Shown piece after piece: positions 16,215 to 24,942 of a stretch of DNA of 46,503 nt (position 1 is its first letter; each line of letters opens with the position of its first letter). Below the pieces are notes generated by a model. That model made no database searches. It had not been told where the DNA came from and saw only the letters and a program-made list of their open reading frames with translations. Origin of the DNA: Bacteroidota bacterium (lineage in GTDB: Bacteria; Bacteroidota; Bacteroidia; Flavobacteriales_F; PHOS-HE28). The position numbers and the translations under genes were made by a program. The DNA is taken from NCBI GenBank assembly GCA_963169595.1, contig CAUJFM010000334.1:1-46503 (forward strand). The letters run 5' to 3'.

Positions 16215-17354
16215 TCAGCCCAGCGCCTGGCGGAGGTCCTCCACCAGGTCCTCGGCATCCTCCAGGCCCACGCTGAGCCGAATCAGCGTATCGGCCAGGC
16301 CGTTCCGCAGACGCTCTTCCCGGGGAATGCTCGCATGCGTCATGCTCGCCGGGTGGCCCAGCAGCGATTCCACGCCGCCGAGGCTCTCGGCGAGGGAGAA
16401 CAGCTTGGTGCTGCTCAGCACGCGCTTGGCATCGTCCATGCTGTCGCCCTTCAGGGTGAAGCTGATCATGCCGCCGAAGCCGCGCATCTGCCGCTTGGCC
16501 ACCTCATGGTTGGGGTGCGTGGGCAGTCCGGGCCAGTACACCTTGTCCACCTTGGGATGGGAGGTCAGGTAGTCGGCGATCACCCGGCCGTTCTCACAGT
16601 GCCGCTGCATCCGCAGGTGCAGGGTCTTCAGGCCACGCAGCACCAGGAAGCAGTCCATCGGTCCGGGGGTGGCCCCGCTGCTGTTCTGGATGAAGGCGAG
16701 CCGCTCGGCCAGTGCATCGTCGTTCACCACCAGGGCGCCCATCACCACATCGCTGTGGCCGCCGAGGTACTTGGTCACGCTGTGCATCACCAGGTCGGCG
16801 CCCAGGTCCAGCGGGTTCTGCAGGTAGGGGCTGGCAAAGGTGTTGTCCACGCCGAAGAGGCAGCCGTGCTTCTTCGCGATGGCGGCCAGCGCTGCGATGT
16901 CCACGATCCGCAGCAGCGGATTGGTCGGTGTTTCGGTCCAGATGAGCTTGGTGTTCGGCGTCATGGCCTCCTCCACGTTGCGGAGGTCGCCCATGTCCAC
17001 GAACCGGAACTTCACCCCATACCCTTCGAAGATCTTGGTGAAGAGGCGATAGGTGCCGCCGTACAGGTCGTTGGTGCTCACCACCTCATCCCCGGGCTTC
17101 AGCAGCTTGCAGATGGCGTCGATGCTGGCCATGCCGGTGGCGAAGCAGAGGCCGTGCCTGCCGTTCTCCAGGGCCGCCAGGGCGTTCTGGAGCGCTGTGC
17201 GGGTGGGATTGTGCGTACGGCTGTACTCGTATCCTTTGTGATCGCCCGGCGCCGCCTGCACGTAGGTGCTGGTCTGGTAGATGGGCGTCATGATGGCGCC
17301 GGTGGTGGGGTCGGGTTCCACACCTGCGTGGATGGCCTTCGTGCCGAACTTCAT
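16215..17354 (-). CDS. PLP-dependent trans-sulfuration enzyme (cystathionine beta-lyase / gamma-synthase / gamma-lyase family)
   Basis: Track ORF 16215..17504 trimmed to the ATG at 17354 (MKFGTKAIHAGV...). PLP-lysine motif SVTKYLGGHSD. Family-typical YSRTHNPT and TNPLL motifs. Exact substrate specificity cannot be read from the sequence. Confidence 0.85.
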   Translation of the reverse strand: MKFGTKAIHAGVEPDPTTGAIMTPIYQTSTYVQAAPGDHKGYEYSRTHNPTRTALQNALAALENGRHGLCFATGMASIDAICKLLKPGDEVVSTNDLYGGTYRLFTKIFEGYGVKFRFVDMGDLRNVEEAMTPNTKLIWTETPTNPLLRIVDIAALAAIAKKHGCLFGVDNTFASPYLQNPLDLGADLVMHSVTKYLGGHSDVVMGALVVNDDALAERLAFIQNSSGATPGPMDCFLVLRGLKTLHLRMQRHCENGRVIADYLTSHPKVDKVYWPGLPTHPNHEVAKRQMRGFGGMISFTLKGDSMDDAKRVLSSTKLFSLAESLGGVESLLGHPASMTHASIPREERLRNGLADTLIRLSVGLEDAEDLVEDLRQALG

Positions 17355-17375
17355 GGGGGTCAGTGGATGAGCTGG

Positions 17376-17383
17376 CGAAGGTA
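17376..17383 (-). promoter_or_regulatory. -7 promoter box (TACCTTCG, minus strand) for the trans-sulfuration gene
   Basis: Plus-strand CGAAGGTA. It lies 21 nt upstream of the ATG at 17354. Confidence 0.4.
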
Positions 17384-17434
17384 CGCGGCCCGGTTCACGC
17401 TTCCGGTATGACCGGCAGGCCGGGCCTGGCCCGG

Positions 17435-17442
17435 TATCTTCG
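17435..17442 (+). promoter_or_regulatory. -7 promoter box (TATCTTCG) for the EamA transporter gene
   Basis: TAnnTTCG variant, 46 nt upstream of the ATG at 17489, in the divergent intergenic region. Confidence 0.3.
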
Positions 17443-17488
17443 CCCCCGGTCCGCACGCGGACCATCACGGGCACCGTTCGTCGCATCC

Positions 17489-18412
17489 ATGGACCGCATT
17501 GCACGCGCGCATCTCGCCCTGTTCGCGGTCAACTTCATCTACGGGGTGAACTACGTGGTGGCCAAGGGGCTCATGCCCCAGGTCATCGGCCCGTCGGGCT
17601 TCATCCTGCTGCGGGTGGCGGGCGCCCTGCTGCTCTTCTGGATGGCGTGGGCCTTCAGGCCTGAACGCATCGACTGGAGCGATCTGGGCCGGCTGGCGCT
17701 GTGCGCGCTGTTCGGGGTGGCGGTGAATCAGCTCATGTTCTTCCACGGATTGATGCGGACCACCCCGATCAATGCCAGCATCATCATGGTGGCCACCCCC
17801 ATCCTGGTGCTGGTGCTTGCCGCGGTCCTCATCGGTGAACGCATCACGCAACGAAAGGTGCTGGGTGTGGCGCTGGGTGCCGGGGGCGCCCTCACGCTCA
17901 TCTTCCTGAAACCGTCGGCGGCCGGCCAGTCCGGATCCACCCTCGGCGACCTCTTCATCCTCATCAACGCCACCTCGTACGGGCTCTACCTCGTGATGGT
18001 GAAGCCGCTGATGCGGAAGTACCGCGCGGTCACCGTGATGGCCTGGTCGTTCCTGATCGGGAGCATCCTTGTGCTGCCCTTCGGATGGACCGAGCTGGCG
18101 GCCGTGCAGTGGTCCGTACTGACCCCCGCCTTGTGGAGCGCCCTCTTGTTCGTGGTGGTGATGGTCACCTTCGTGGCCTACCTGCTCAACACCTGGGCCC
18201 TGGGGGTGGTCTCGCCCAGCGTGGTGGGCACCTACATCTACATGCAGCCGCTGCTGGCCGCGTTGTTCACCTGGGTGTTCGTCCAGGTGGGGGCCGATCG
18301 CCTGGGCATCCCGGGCCACTATGACGCCACCCTGGGCTGGCCACAGCTCCTTTGCGCAGCGGCGATCTTCATCGGCGTGCATCTGGTGAGCCGCGCCGAT
18401 CGTGACCGTTGA
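17489..18412 (+). CDS. EamA/DMT-family transporter (about 10 TM helices)
   Basis: Track ORF 17363..18412 trimmed to the ATG at 17489 (MDRIARAHLALFAVNFIYGVNYVVAKG...). It has two EamA-like halves rich in hydrophobic helices. Confidence 0.8.
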   Translation: MDRIARAHLALFAVNFIYGVNYVVAKGLMPQVIGPSGFILLRVAGALLLFWMAWAFRPERIDWSDLGRLALCALFGVAVNQLMFFHGLMRTTPINASIIMVATPILVLVLAAVLIGERITQRKVLGVALGAGGALTLIFLKPSAAGQSGSTLGDLFILINATSYGLYLVMVKPLMRKYRAVTVMAWSFLIGSILVLPFGWTELAAVQWSVLTPALWSALLFVVVMVTFVAYLLNTWALGVVSPSVVGTYIYMQPLLAALFTWVFVQVGADRLGIPGHYDATLGWPQLLCAAAIFIGVHLVSRADRDR

Positions 18413-18433
18413 ACGGCGCTTGATCGCTGCACC

Positions 18434-18441
18434 TACATTTG
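18434..18441 (+). promoter_or_regulatory. -7 promoter box (TACATTTG) for yicC-gmk-nadD
   Basis: Exact TAnnTTTG match, 15 nt upstream of the ATG at 18457. Confidence 0.5.
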
Positions 18442-18456
18442 CCGCCTCTGCAACGC

Positions 18457-19323
18457 ATGTTACGCTCCATGACCGGATTTGGCCGCGCTGAAGGCGTGGT
18501 GAAGGACCGCAAGGTCACAGTGGAGGTGCGTTCGCTCAACAGCAAGCAGCTCGACCTGCTGGTGAAGGTCCCCTCCCTGCTCAAGGAGCGGGAGGTGGAG
18601 GTCCGCCAATGGGCCGGTGAACAGCTGGTGCGCGGCAAGGCCGAACTGACCATCGGCATCGAGCAGCATGCGCAGAAGCGCACCACCTTCGACAAGGCCC
18701 TGATCCAGGCCTACTACGCCGAACTGAGCGCGATCGCACAGGAGATCGCACCGGACCATCGGACCGACCTGCTGGCCCAGGTGCTGCGCTTGCCGGAGGT
18801 GACCACCACCACCACCGACCGGGTGGATGAGGAGGAGTGGACCGTGGTGATGGGCCTGGTGCGTCAGGCGGTGGAGGCCTTCGATCGCTTCCGGTCCAGT
18901 GAAGGCGGCCGCCTGGCCCAGGAACTGGGTCAGCGGGTCTTGCTGATCGGGCAGCTGCTGGAGGAGGTGGAGACCCTGGACCAGGGCCGGGCCGACCGTA
19001 CACGCGAGAAGCTCCGCGCCCGGTTGGCCGAACTGCAGGTGTCCGTGGACCACGACCGCTTCGAGCAGGAACTGGTCTACTACCTCGAGAAGATGGACCT
19101 TACCGAGGAGCGGGTCCGCCTCCGCTCGCACTGCACCTACTTCATGGAGACCATGGAGAAGGATGAGCACCAGGGGCGCAAGCTCGGGTTCATCGCGCAG
19201 GAGATGGGACGGGAGATCAACACGCTCGGGTCGAAGGCGAACGATGCGACCGTGCAGCGCTTGGTGGTGCGGATGAAGGATGAGCTGGAGAAGATCAAGG
19301 AGCAGGTGCTGAACGTGCTTTGA
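18457..19323 (+). CDS. yicC: YicC-family stress-induced protein
   Basis: The track ORF starts at the TTG at 18439. I prefer the ATG at 18457, which gives the family-typical N-terminus MLRSMTGFGRAEG. The C-terminal motif GFIAQEMGREINTLGSKAND is characteristic of the family. Confidence 0.85.
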   Translation: MLRSMTGFGRAEGVVKDRKVTVEVRSLNSKQLDLLVKVPSLLKEREVEVRQWAGEQLVRGKAELTIGIEQHAQKRTTFDKALIQAYYAELSAIAQEIAPDHRTDLLAQVLRLPEVTTTTTDRVDEEEWTVVMGLVRQAVEAFDRFRSSEGGRLAQELGQRVLLIGQLLEEVETLDQGRADRTREKLRARLAELQVSVDHDRFEQELVYYLEKMDLTEERVRLRSHCTYFMETMEKDEHQGRKLGFIAQEMGREINTLGSKANDATVQRLVVRMKDELEKIKEQVLNVL

Positions 19324-19330
19324 ACGGCCC

Positions 19331-19903
19331 ATGGACGAACCTCGTGGCAAGTGCGTGATCCTATCGGCCCCCTCCGGTGCCGGCAAGACCACCATCGTGA
19401 AACACCTGCTTGCCCAGGACCTCGGGCTGGCCTTCAGCGTGAGCGCCACCACGCGTGCGCCACGCAACGGTGAGGTGCATGGCCGCGACTACTACTTCCT
19501 TTCCGAGGCAGAGTTCCGTGGCAGCATCGAGGCCGGTGAGTTCGTGGAATGGGAGGAGGTGTATCCCGGCCGGTTCTACGGGACCTATCGCAGCGAGGTG
19601 GAGCGCATCTGGGCTGAAGGGCACCATGCCATCTTCGATATTGATGTGGTCGGTGGCCTGGACCTGAAGGAGATCTACCAGACCAGGGCGCTGGCCCTCT
19701 TCGTGGCACCGCCATCGGTGGAGGCCCTTGAGCAGCGCCTGCGGGAGCGGGGCACGGAAAGCCCCGAGACCCTGAAGGTGCGCATCGACAAGGCCGTGCA
19801 TGAGCTGGACTTTGTGGACCGCTTCGATGCCACCATCGTCAACGACGACCTGGACAAGGCCTGTGACGAGGCTGTTTCATTGGTCCGCAGATTCCTCCAC
19901 TGA
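19331..19903 (+). CDS. gmk: Guanylate kinase
   Basis: 190 aa. P-loop SAPSGAGKTT, TTRAPRNGEVHGRDYYF and EWEEVYPGRFYGT motifs. Confidence 0.93.
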   Translation: MDEPRGKCVILSAPSGAGKTTIVKHLLAQDLGLAFSVSATTRAPRNGEVHGRDYYFLSEAEFRGSIEAGEFVEWEEVYPGRFYGTYRSEVERIWAEGHHAIFDIDVVGGLDLKEIYQTRALALFVAPPSVEALEQRLRERGTESPETLKVRIDKAVHELDFVDRFDATIVNDDLDKACDEAVSLVRRFLH

Positions 19904-20493
19904 TGCACATCGGCTGCCTGTTCGGGACCTTCGATCCCCCGCATCGCGCCCATGTGGGCATCGCCGACCACATGCGCCGTACGCAGGGCCTGGACCAGGT
20001 GTGGCTGGTGGTGACGCCCCAGAACCCCTTCAAGGTCGAGGCCCAGATCAGTCCGGATGCGCACCGCCTGGCCATGGTGCGCCTTGCGGTGGCCGGCCAG
20101 GAGGGCCTGGTCGCCAGTGGCTTCGAGCTGGACCTGCCCCGTCCGAACTATACCGCCGAGACCCTTCGGTTCATGCGCCAGCGCTGGCCCGACCACCGCT
20201 TCGACCTGATCGTGGGCAGCGACAACCTGGCCGTGTTCCACCGGTGGCGGTCACCGGATGAGATCTTGGAGCACCATGGGCTGCTGGTCTATCCGCGCGA
20301 AGGGTTCAAGGACCATCTGGGCAGCACGATCTACCACGGCCATCCAGGCATCAAGATCGTGACCGATGCGCCCGTGATGCCCATTTCGGCCACCCGCATC
20401 CGGGAGGACATCCGCGCCTGGCGTCCGGTGGAGGACCGTGTGGCGCCGGCGGTGCTGAGCTACATCCGCCAGCACGGCCTCTACCTTCATTGA
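19903..20493 (+). CDS. nadD: Nicotinate-nucleotide adenylyltransferase
   Basis: 196 aa. Nucleotidyltransferase motif GTFDPPHRAH and ISATRIRE near the C-terminus. The start overlaps the gmk stop (TGATG at 19901-19905). Confidence 0.9.
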   Translation: MHIGCLFGTFDPPHRAHVGIADHMRRTQGLDQVWLVVTPQNPFKVEAQISPDAHRLAMVRLAVAGQEGLVASGFELDLPRPNYTAETLRFMRQRWPDHRFDLIVGSDNLAVFHRWRSPDEILEHHGLLVYPREGFKDHLGSTIYHGHPGIKIVTDAPVMPISATRIREDIRAWRPVEDRVAPAVLSYIRQHGLYLH

Positions 20494-21131
20494 ACGGGTG
20501 CGCCGTCCATCACCCGGGCGGCATGCATCAGGTGGTCGTGAAGCACCTTCACGGCCCGCTCGAAGCCCAGCTCGTTCACCACGTGCAGGTCGCACAGGTG
20601 GCGGTAGGGCAGGAGGTAATTGCGGTAGGCGGGGAGCACGTGGTTCTCCCATTGGTAGAGGATCTCCTCGGGCCCGTAGCCGCGCTCCTTCGCGTCGCGC
20701 CGCAGCCGTCGATCGAGCTGTGCCCCTTCGCTGGCGTCGATGAACACGCGCAGGTCGAACAATTCGCGGATGCCTTCGTGATGCAGCACGAACAGGCCTT
20801 CCACCAGGATCACGGGGGCGGGCCGCAGTTCGATCAGGGCCGGTTCCTTCCCTTCCTGGTTGAAGGTGTACTCCTTGCGCAGGATCGGCTCACCGGCCAG
20901 CAGGCGCTGCAGGTCGCGTGCCAGGCCATCGAGGTCCACGGCCGTTGGCAGGTCGAAGTTCACCTTGCCGTTGGGGTCCACGGCCTGCGCCTCCTTCGGA
21001 TGGTAGTAGTCGTCCTGCGAGATCACGCAGACGCTCCCTTCGGGAAGGCTGTTGCGCAGGGCACGCACCAGGCTGGTCTTGCCCGATCCGCTCCCTCCGG
21101 CCACACCCACGAGGTAGGCTCCCCGATGCAT
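20487..21131 (-). CDS. udk: Uridine kinase
   Basis: The track ORF starts at the TTG at 21140, which lies inside the promoter box. I prefer the ATG at 21131 (MHRGAYLVGVAGGSGSGKTSLV, P-loop). DDYYH and LVEG motifs are present. The 3' end overlaps the nadD 3' end by 7 nt (convergent). Confidence 0.9.
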   Translation of the reverse strand: MHRGAYLVGVAGGSGSGKTSLVRALRNSLPEGSVCVISQDDYYHPKEAQAVDPNGKVNFDLPTAVDLDGLARDLQRLLAGEPILRKEYTFNQEGKEPALIELRPAPVILVEGLFVLHHEGIRELFDLRVFIDASEGAQLDRRLRRDAKERGYGPEEILYQWENHVLPAYRNYLLPYRHLCDLHVVNELGFERAVKVLHDHLMHAARVMDGAPVQ

Positions 21132-21137
21132 CGTGAG

Positions 21138-21145
21138 CAAAAATA
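21138..21145 (-). promoter_or_regulatory. -7 promoter box (TATTTTTG, minus strand) for udk
   Basis: Plus-strand CAAAAATA. Exact TAnnTTTG match, 6 nt upstream of the ATG at 21131. Confidence 0.45.
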
Positions 21146-21242
21146 GGGCGCAGGACCCATGCGGAAGGGCGGTGGTGGGCGGTCCTCAGTGACTTTGGCA
21201 CGGGGCTTGGAAAACACCTTTCACAACCCAACCTCAACGACC

Positions 21243-21383
21243 ATGAACGCCCCGATCGACATCTACCGCGCCCTGAAGAGCAAAGCCCGTCGGCTGCTGT
21301 TGGCCGGCGATCTGGACCGTTACCTGCTCACCCTGCGTCGCATGCACGAGCTGCGCCGCTCCGGGGGCACCGCCATGGCCTGA
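21243..21383 (+). CDS. Hypothetical small protein (46 aa)
   Basis: Track ORF 21159..21383 trimmed to the ATG at 21243. Sequence MNAPIDIYRALKSKARRLLLAGDLDRYLLTLRRMHELRRSGGTAMA. Strong G/C preference at codon position 3, as in genuine genes here. No recognisable family. Confidence 0.4.
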   Translation: MNAPIDIYRALKSKARRLLLAGDLDRYLLTLRRMHELRRSGGTAMA

Positions 21384-21483
21384 ACCCACGGCCGATCGTT
21401 CCGCAACCCCCTGCCCGTCAGGAGGGCACGGGAAATTTCAGCCGGGTTGGATCTTTTTGCCGGAGGGTGCCGTACAAGGCCCC

Positions 21484-21660
21484 ATGACGAAGAAGGACAA
21501 GATCGCCTTCATTAAAAGCAGCAAGCGCAAAACGCACGTGTACCAGGACCTGAACCGGTATACGGACGAGCAGCTGAACGGTGTGATCCGGGAGATCGTG
21601 CAGGGGCTGATCCGCGAGAGCGAGATCATCGCCAATGCCTACATCAACGGATACCGGTAG
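21484..21660 (+). CDS. Hypothetical small basic/helical protein (58 aa)
   Basis: Track ORF 21457..21660 trimmed to the ATG at 21484. Sequence MTKKDKIAFIKSSKRKTHVYQDLNRYTDEQLNGVIREIVQGLIRESEIIANAYINGYR. G/C-rich third positions. It is followed by a strong terminator. Confidence 0.5.
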   Translation: MTKKDKIAFIKSSKRKTHVYQDLNRYTDEQLNGVIREIVQGLIRESEIIANAYINGYR

Positions 21661-21701
21661 GATGCCCATGCGTGCGCACTGCTGAAGGCAGGGACCCACA
21701 G

Positions 21702-21738
21702 GTAACAAGGCCTCGCACCCGTTGCGGGGCTTTGTTAC
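21702..21738. terminator. Bidirectional hairpin terminator between the small ORF and the DUF481-like gene
   Basis: GTAACAAGGCCTCGC (21702-21716) pairs with GCGGGGCTTTGTTAC (21724-21738). The stem is 15 bp including 2 G-U pairs, with a 7-nt loop. Confidence 0.7.
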
Positions 21739-21753
21739 ATCCGGCCCTTTCGT

Positions 21754-22503
21754 TCAGAACAGGAACGAGAACCCGTTCTCCCAGCGATAGTTCAGCTCCG
21801 GGATGCCCGGCGCCATCCGCGTATCCTTCTGCAGGTTGATGCGGGTCTCCAATCCGAAACGCTCGGTTGCCCGTATGCGGAACTGCCCCTCCACGGCCAC
21901 CCGGTGGTCGGAGGCGTCGGCCACCTTGGGTTGGTAGTACACCACACTGGTGAACTGCATGTGCGGCTCCCACTTGAACGCCACGGAGAGGTAGCTGCTG
22001 GAGCGCCCGGTGTTCTCCATGATGTCGTTCACGCGGTCCACCTCGTGCTCGAAGAGCAGCGAAGTGCCCAGGGCCAGGCGGAAGATGTCCCCATTGCGCA
22101 CCACGAACCGCGGTCCGACCCCGATCATCCAGCGGCCGTCGATCCGCAGGGGTTTGTTGTACTGGAGCTGGGTGTAGGCCTCCATGCTCCAAGGCCCGCC
22201 CGGCCAGGCCTGGTTGTACCGCAGGTGCTGGAACCCGGTGTTGCGGAAGGCATTGGTCTCCACGCGGTCCACGGTGAAGTCGGTGATGAAGAAGGCGCTG
22301 TGCCGGTCCCTGACGTACTGCACCCCTCCGTTGGCTCCCAGTGCGATGCTCCGCTGGGTGTTCTCCGTGACGCTGTACCGGAAGGTGGCGAACCCGCTCC
22401 AGCGTGCCGTATCGTTGTTGAACCGCTTGTTCTCGATGTTCACCACCTGGGCCAGGGCGGCCTGTCCACAGAGGATCAGGAGCAGGATGGTCAGTGCGCG
22501 CAT
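21754..22503 (-). CDS. Outer-membrane beta-barrel protein (DUF481/YdiY-like)
   Basis: Track ORF 21754..22635 trimmed to the ATG at 22503. Signal peptide MRALTILLLILCGQAALA|QVV. Alternating beta-strand pattern, and a C-terminal aromatic residue (...WENGFSFLF) typical of OMPs. Confidence 0.7.
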   Translation of the reverse strand: MRALTILLLILCGQAALAQVVNIENKRFNNDTARWSGFATFRYSVTENTQRSIALGANGGVQYVRDRHSAFFITDFTVDRVETNAFRNTGFQHLRYNQAWPGGPWSMEAYTQLQYNKPLRIDGRWMIGVGPRFVVRNGDIFRLALGTSLLFEHEVDRVNDIMENTGRSSSYLSVAFKWEPHMQFTSVVYYQPKVADASDHRVAVEGQFRIRATERFGLETRINLQKDTRMAPGIPELNYRWENGFSFLF

Positions 22504-22556
22504 GGGGCCGCGAAGATCGGTCGTCCCATCGGCGCGACGAAGTTGCCCGGTGAGCG

Positions 22557-22564
22557 TACTTTCG
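22557..22564 (+). promoter_or_regulatory. -7 promoter box (TACTTTCG) for recJ
   Basis: TAnnTTCG variant, exactly 4 nt upstream of the recJ ATG (22569). Confidence 0.45.
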
Positions 22565-22568
22565 GTGC

Positions 22569-24341
22569 ATGAGCCGTTTTCCGACCAAGCGCTGGCGGTT
22601 GAAGCCCGCTGCGGACCCCGCCGCCGTGGCCGCATTGACGCACGACCGCTGCCCGGATGTGGTAGCCAGGTTGCTGGTCCAGCGCGGGATCACCCACCCC
22701 GAAGCCGCCTCGGAGTTCTTCCGGCCGGCGCTCGCCCAATTGCATGACCCCTTCCTCATGGCCGACATGGACAAGGCCGTTGAGCGACTTGAACGGGCCT
22801 TGGGCGACCAGGAGCGGATCATGGTCTATGGGGATTACGATGTGGATGGCACCACGGCGGTGGCGCTGGTATGCTCCTTCCTCAGCCGCTTCACGGGCAA
22901 CTACTCCTTCTACATCCCCGATCGCTACGCCGAGGGCTATGGCATTTCCTTCCGGGGGATCGACAAGGCCGTGGAGGAGGGGGCCACGTTGATCATCGCC
23001 CTCGATTGCGGGATCAAGTCCATCGACAAGGTGGCCTATGCGGCCGAACGCGGCGTGGACATGATCATCTGCGACCACCACCGGCCGGGACCCGAACTGC
23101 CGGCGGCCGTGGCCGTGCTCGACCCCAAGCGCGCGGACTGCCCCTATCCCTTCAAGGAACTGAGCGGTTGCGGCATCGGCTTCAAGCTGATGCAAGCCCT
23201 GGCCCAGCACAATAACATGCCGGTGACGGACCTGGTACCGCTGCTGGACCTGGTGGCGGTGAGCACCGCCTGTGACATCGTGCCGGTGAACGGTGAGAAC
23301 CGGGTGCTGACCCACTTCGGGCTGAAGCAGTTGAACGCTGATGTGCGGCCCGCCTTCCAGGCCATGAAGCAGATGGCCAACGTGCGGCGACCCCTCACGG
23401 TCACCGATCTGGTGTTCACCATCGGACCTCGCATCAACGCCGCAGGGCGCATCGAGCATGGCCGGCTCGCCGTTGAGCTGCTGCTGGCGCATGACATGCA
23501 GCAGGCCGAGGGGTCCGCGGTGCGCGTGGATGGCAACAACCTGCAGCGGCAGCAACTGGACAAGGAGACGACCTTGGAGGCGCTGGAGCACATCGCCAGT
23601 GATGCCGCACTGCGGGAGGCCTGGAGCACGGTGGTCTTCAACGAGGACTGGCACAAAGGGGTGATCGGCATCGTGGCGTCGCGGTTGGTGGAGCGTCACT
23701 ACCGCCCCACGGTGGTGCTGACGCAGAGCCAGGGCAAGGCGGTGGGGTCGGCGCGCAGCGTGAAGGGCTTTGATGTCTACGAGGCCATCAGTGCCTGCAG
23801 TGATCTGCTGGAACAGTTCGGCGGGCACATGTATGCCGCCGGTTTGACGATGCCCCTGGAGAACGTGGAGGCCTTCCGGCAGCGGTTCGAGGAGGTGGTG
23901 CGCGGCACCATCGAGCCCCACATGCGCGTGCCCGAGGAGGAGGTGGATGTGGAGATCGCGCTCCACGACATTGATGACCGGTTGGTGCGGATCCTCCAGC
24001 ACATGGCCCCCTTCGGGCCGGCGAACATGCGGCCGGTCTTCCTGACACGGGGTGTGGTGTGCACCGGCCAACCGCGCATCGTGGGAGAGGACCACCTGAA
24101 ATTGGTGGTGACCGATCCCGCCGATCCACGACGCTCACTGGAGGCCATCGCCTTCAAGCAGGCCCACCACATGGACCTGGTGCGGAGCGGAGCCCCGTTC
24201 AGCATCCTCTACACCATTGAGGAGAACGAGTGGAACGGCCGGCACACGGTGCAATTGAACATCAAGGACATCAAGCCGGGTGTGGATGTGGAGGTGGCCG
24301 ATGGCGGAAGGTCCACCCTGGTGCAGGACCTGGCCCATTGA
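22569..24341 (+). CDS. recJ: Single-stranded-DNA-specific exonuclease RecJ
   Basis: 590 aa. DHH motifs (IMVYGDYDVDGTTA, ALDCG, ICDHH) and the DHHA1 region (GGHMYAAG). Confidence 0.95.
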   Translation: MSRFPTKRWRLKPAADPAAVAALTHDRCPDVVARLLVQRGITHPEAASEFFRPALAQLHDPFLMADMDKAVERLERALGDQERIMVYGDYDVDGTTAVALVCSFLSRFTGNYSFYIPDRYAEGYGISFRGIDKAVEEGATLIIALDCGIKSIDKVAYAAERGVDMIICDHHRPGPELPAAVAVLDPKRADCPYPFKELSGCGIGFKLMQALAQHNNMPVTDLVPLLDLVAVSTACDIVPVNGENRVLTHFGLKQLNADVRPAFQAMKQMANVRRPLTVTDLVFTIGPRINAAGRIEHGRLAVELLLAHDMQQAEGSAVRVDGNNLQRQQLDKETTLEALEHIASDAALREAWSTVVFNEDWHKGVIGIVASRLVERHYRPTVVLTQSQGKAVGSARSVKGFDVYEAISACSDLLEQFGGHMYAAGLTMPLENVEAFRQRFEEVVRGTIEPHMRVPEEEVDVEIALHDIDDRLVRILQHMAPFGPANMRPVFLTRGVVCTGQPRIVGEDHLKLVVTDPADPRRSLEAIAFKQAHHMDLVRSGAPFSILYTIEENEWNGRHTVQLNIKDIKPGVDVEVADGGRSTLVQDLAH

Positions 24342-24449
24342 ACAGGGCATGAAGGACAACGCGCAACAGGAGAGCCCAGGGCGCCCGGTCAAGGTCATTG
24401 TGCCCATATCGGTCCTTTGGGGGAAGGCTGCCCTTCGGATCAGGCTGAG

Positions 24450-24457
24450 CACCTTTG
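24450..24457 (+). promoter_or_regulatory. Degenerate -7-like box (CACCTTTG) for tadA
   Basis: nAnnTTTG, exactly 4 nt upstream of the ATG at 24462. The first base deviates from the consensus. Confidence 0.3.
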
Positions 24458-24461
24458 TGGC

Positions 24462-24911
24462 ATGATCAAGGCGATGGATGACGAGCACTTCATGCGCCAC
24501 GCCCTGCGCGAGGCGGAGCAGGCGTTCAAGGCGGACGAGGTGCCTGTTGGGGTGGTCATCGTATGCGCGGACCGCATCATCGCACGTGCGCACAACCTCA
24601 CCGAACGGTTGAACGATGTGACGGCCCATGCCGAGATGCAGGCCATCACCGCGGCGGCGGAACATCTTGGTGGCAAGTACCTGAAGGATTGCACCCTGTA
24701 TGTGACGCTGGAGCCCTGTGTGATGTGTGCGGGAGCGCTCCACTGGGCCCAGTTGGGGCGCGTGGTGTTCGGCGCCTTTGATGAGAAGGCCGGTTACCGC
24801 CGTATTGGCGGTCGGCTGCTGCACCCGAAGACGCAGGTCACGGGCGGTGTGCTCGAGGCCGAATGCGCGGACCTGATGAAGGCCTTCTTCCGGAAGAAGC
24901 GTTCCCTCTGA
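24462..24911 (+). CDS. tadA: tRNA adenosine(34) deaminase
   Basis: Track ORF 24417..24911 trimmed to the ATG at 24462. An alternative start is the ATG at 24474. Deaminase motifs HAEMQAI and TLEPCVMCAGA. Confidence 0.9.
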   Translation: MIKAMDDEHFMRHALREAEQAFKADEVPVGVVIVCADRIIARAHNLTERLNDVTAHAEMQAITAAAEHLGGKYLKDCTLYVTLEPCVMCAGALHWAQLGRVVFGAFDEKAGYRRIGGRLLHPKTQVTGGVLEAECADLMKAFFRKKRSL

Positions 24912-24934
24912 ACACCGGGTTCCTGGTCGTTCAG
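24908..24934. terminator. Bidirectional hairpin between tadA and the M36 protease gene
   Basis: CTGAACACCGGG-TT-CCTGGT(C)GTTCAG gives about 12 bp with one bulge and one G-U pair. It includes the tadA stop codon. The intergenic gap is only 31 nt. Confidence 0.5.
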
Positions 24935-24942
24935 GGCCTGTC

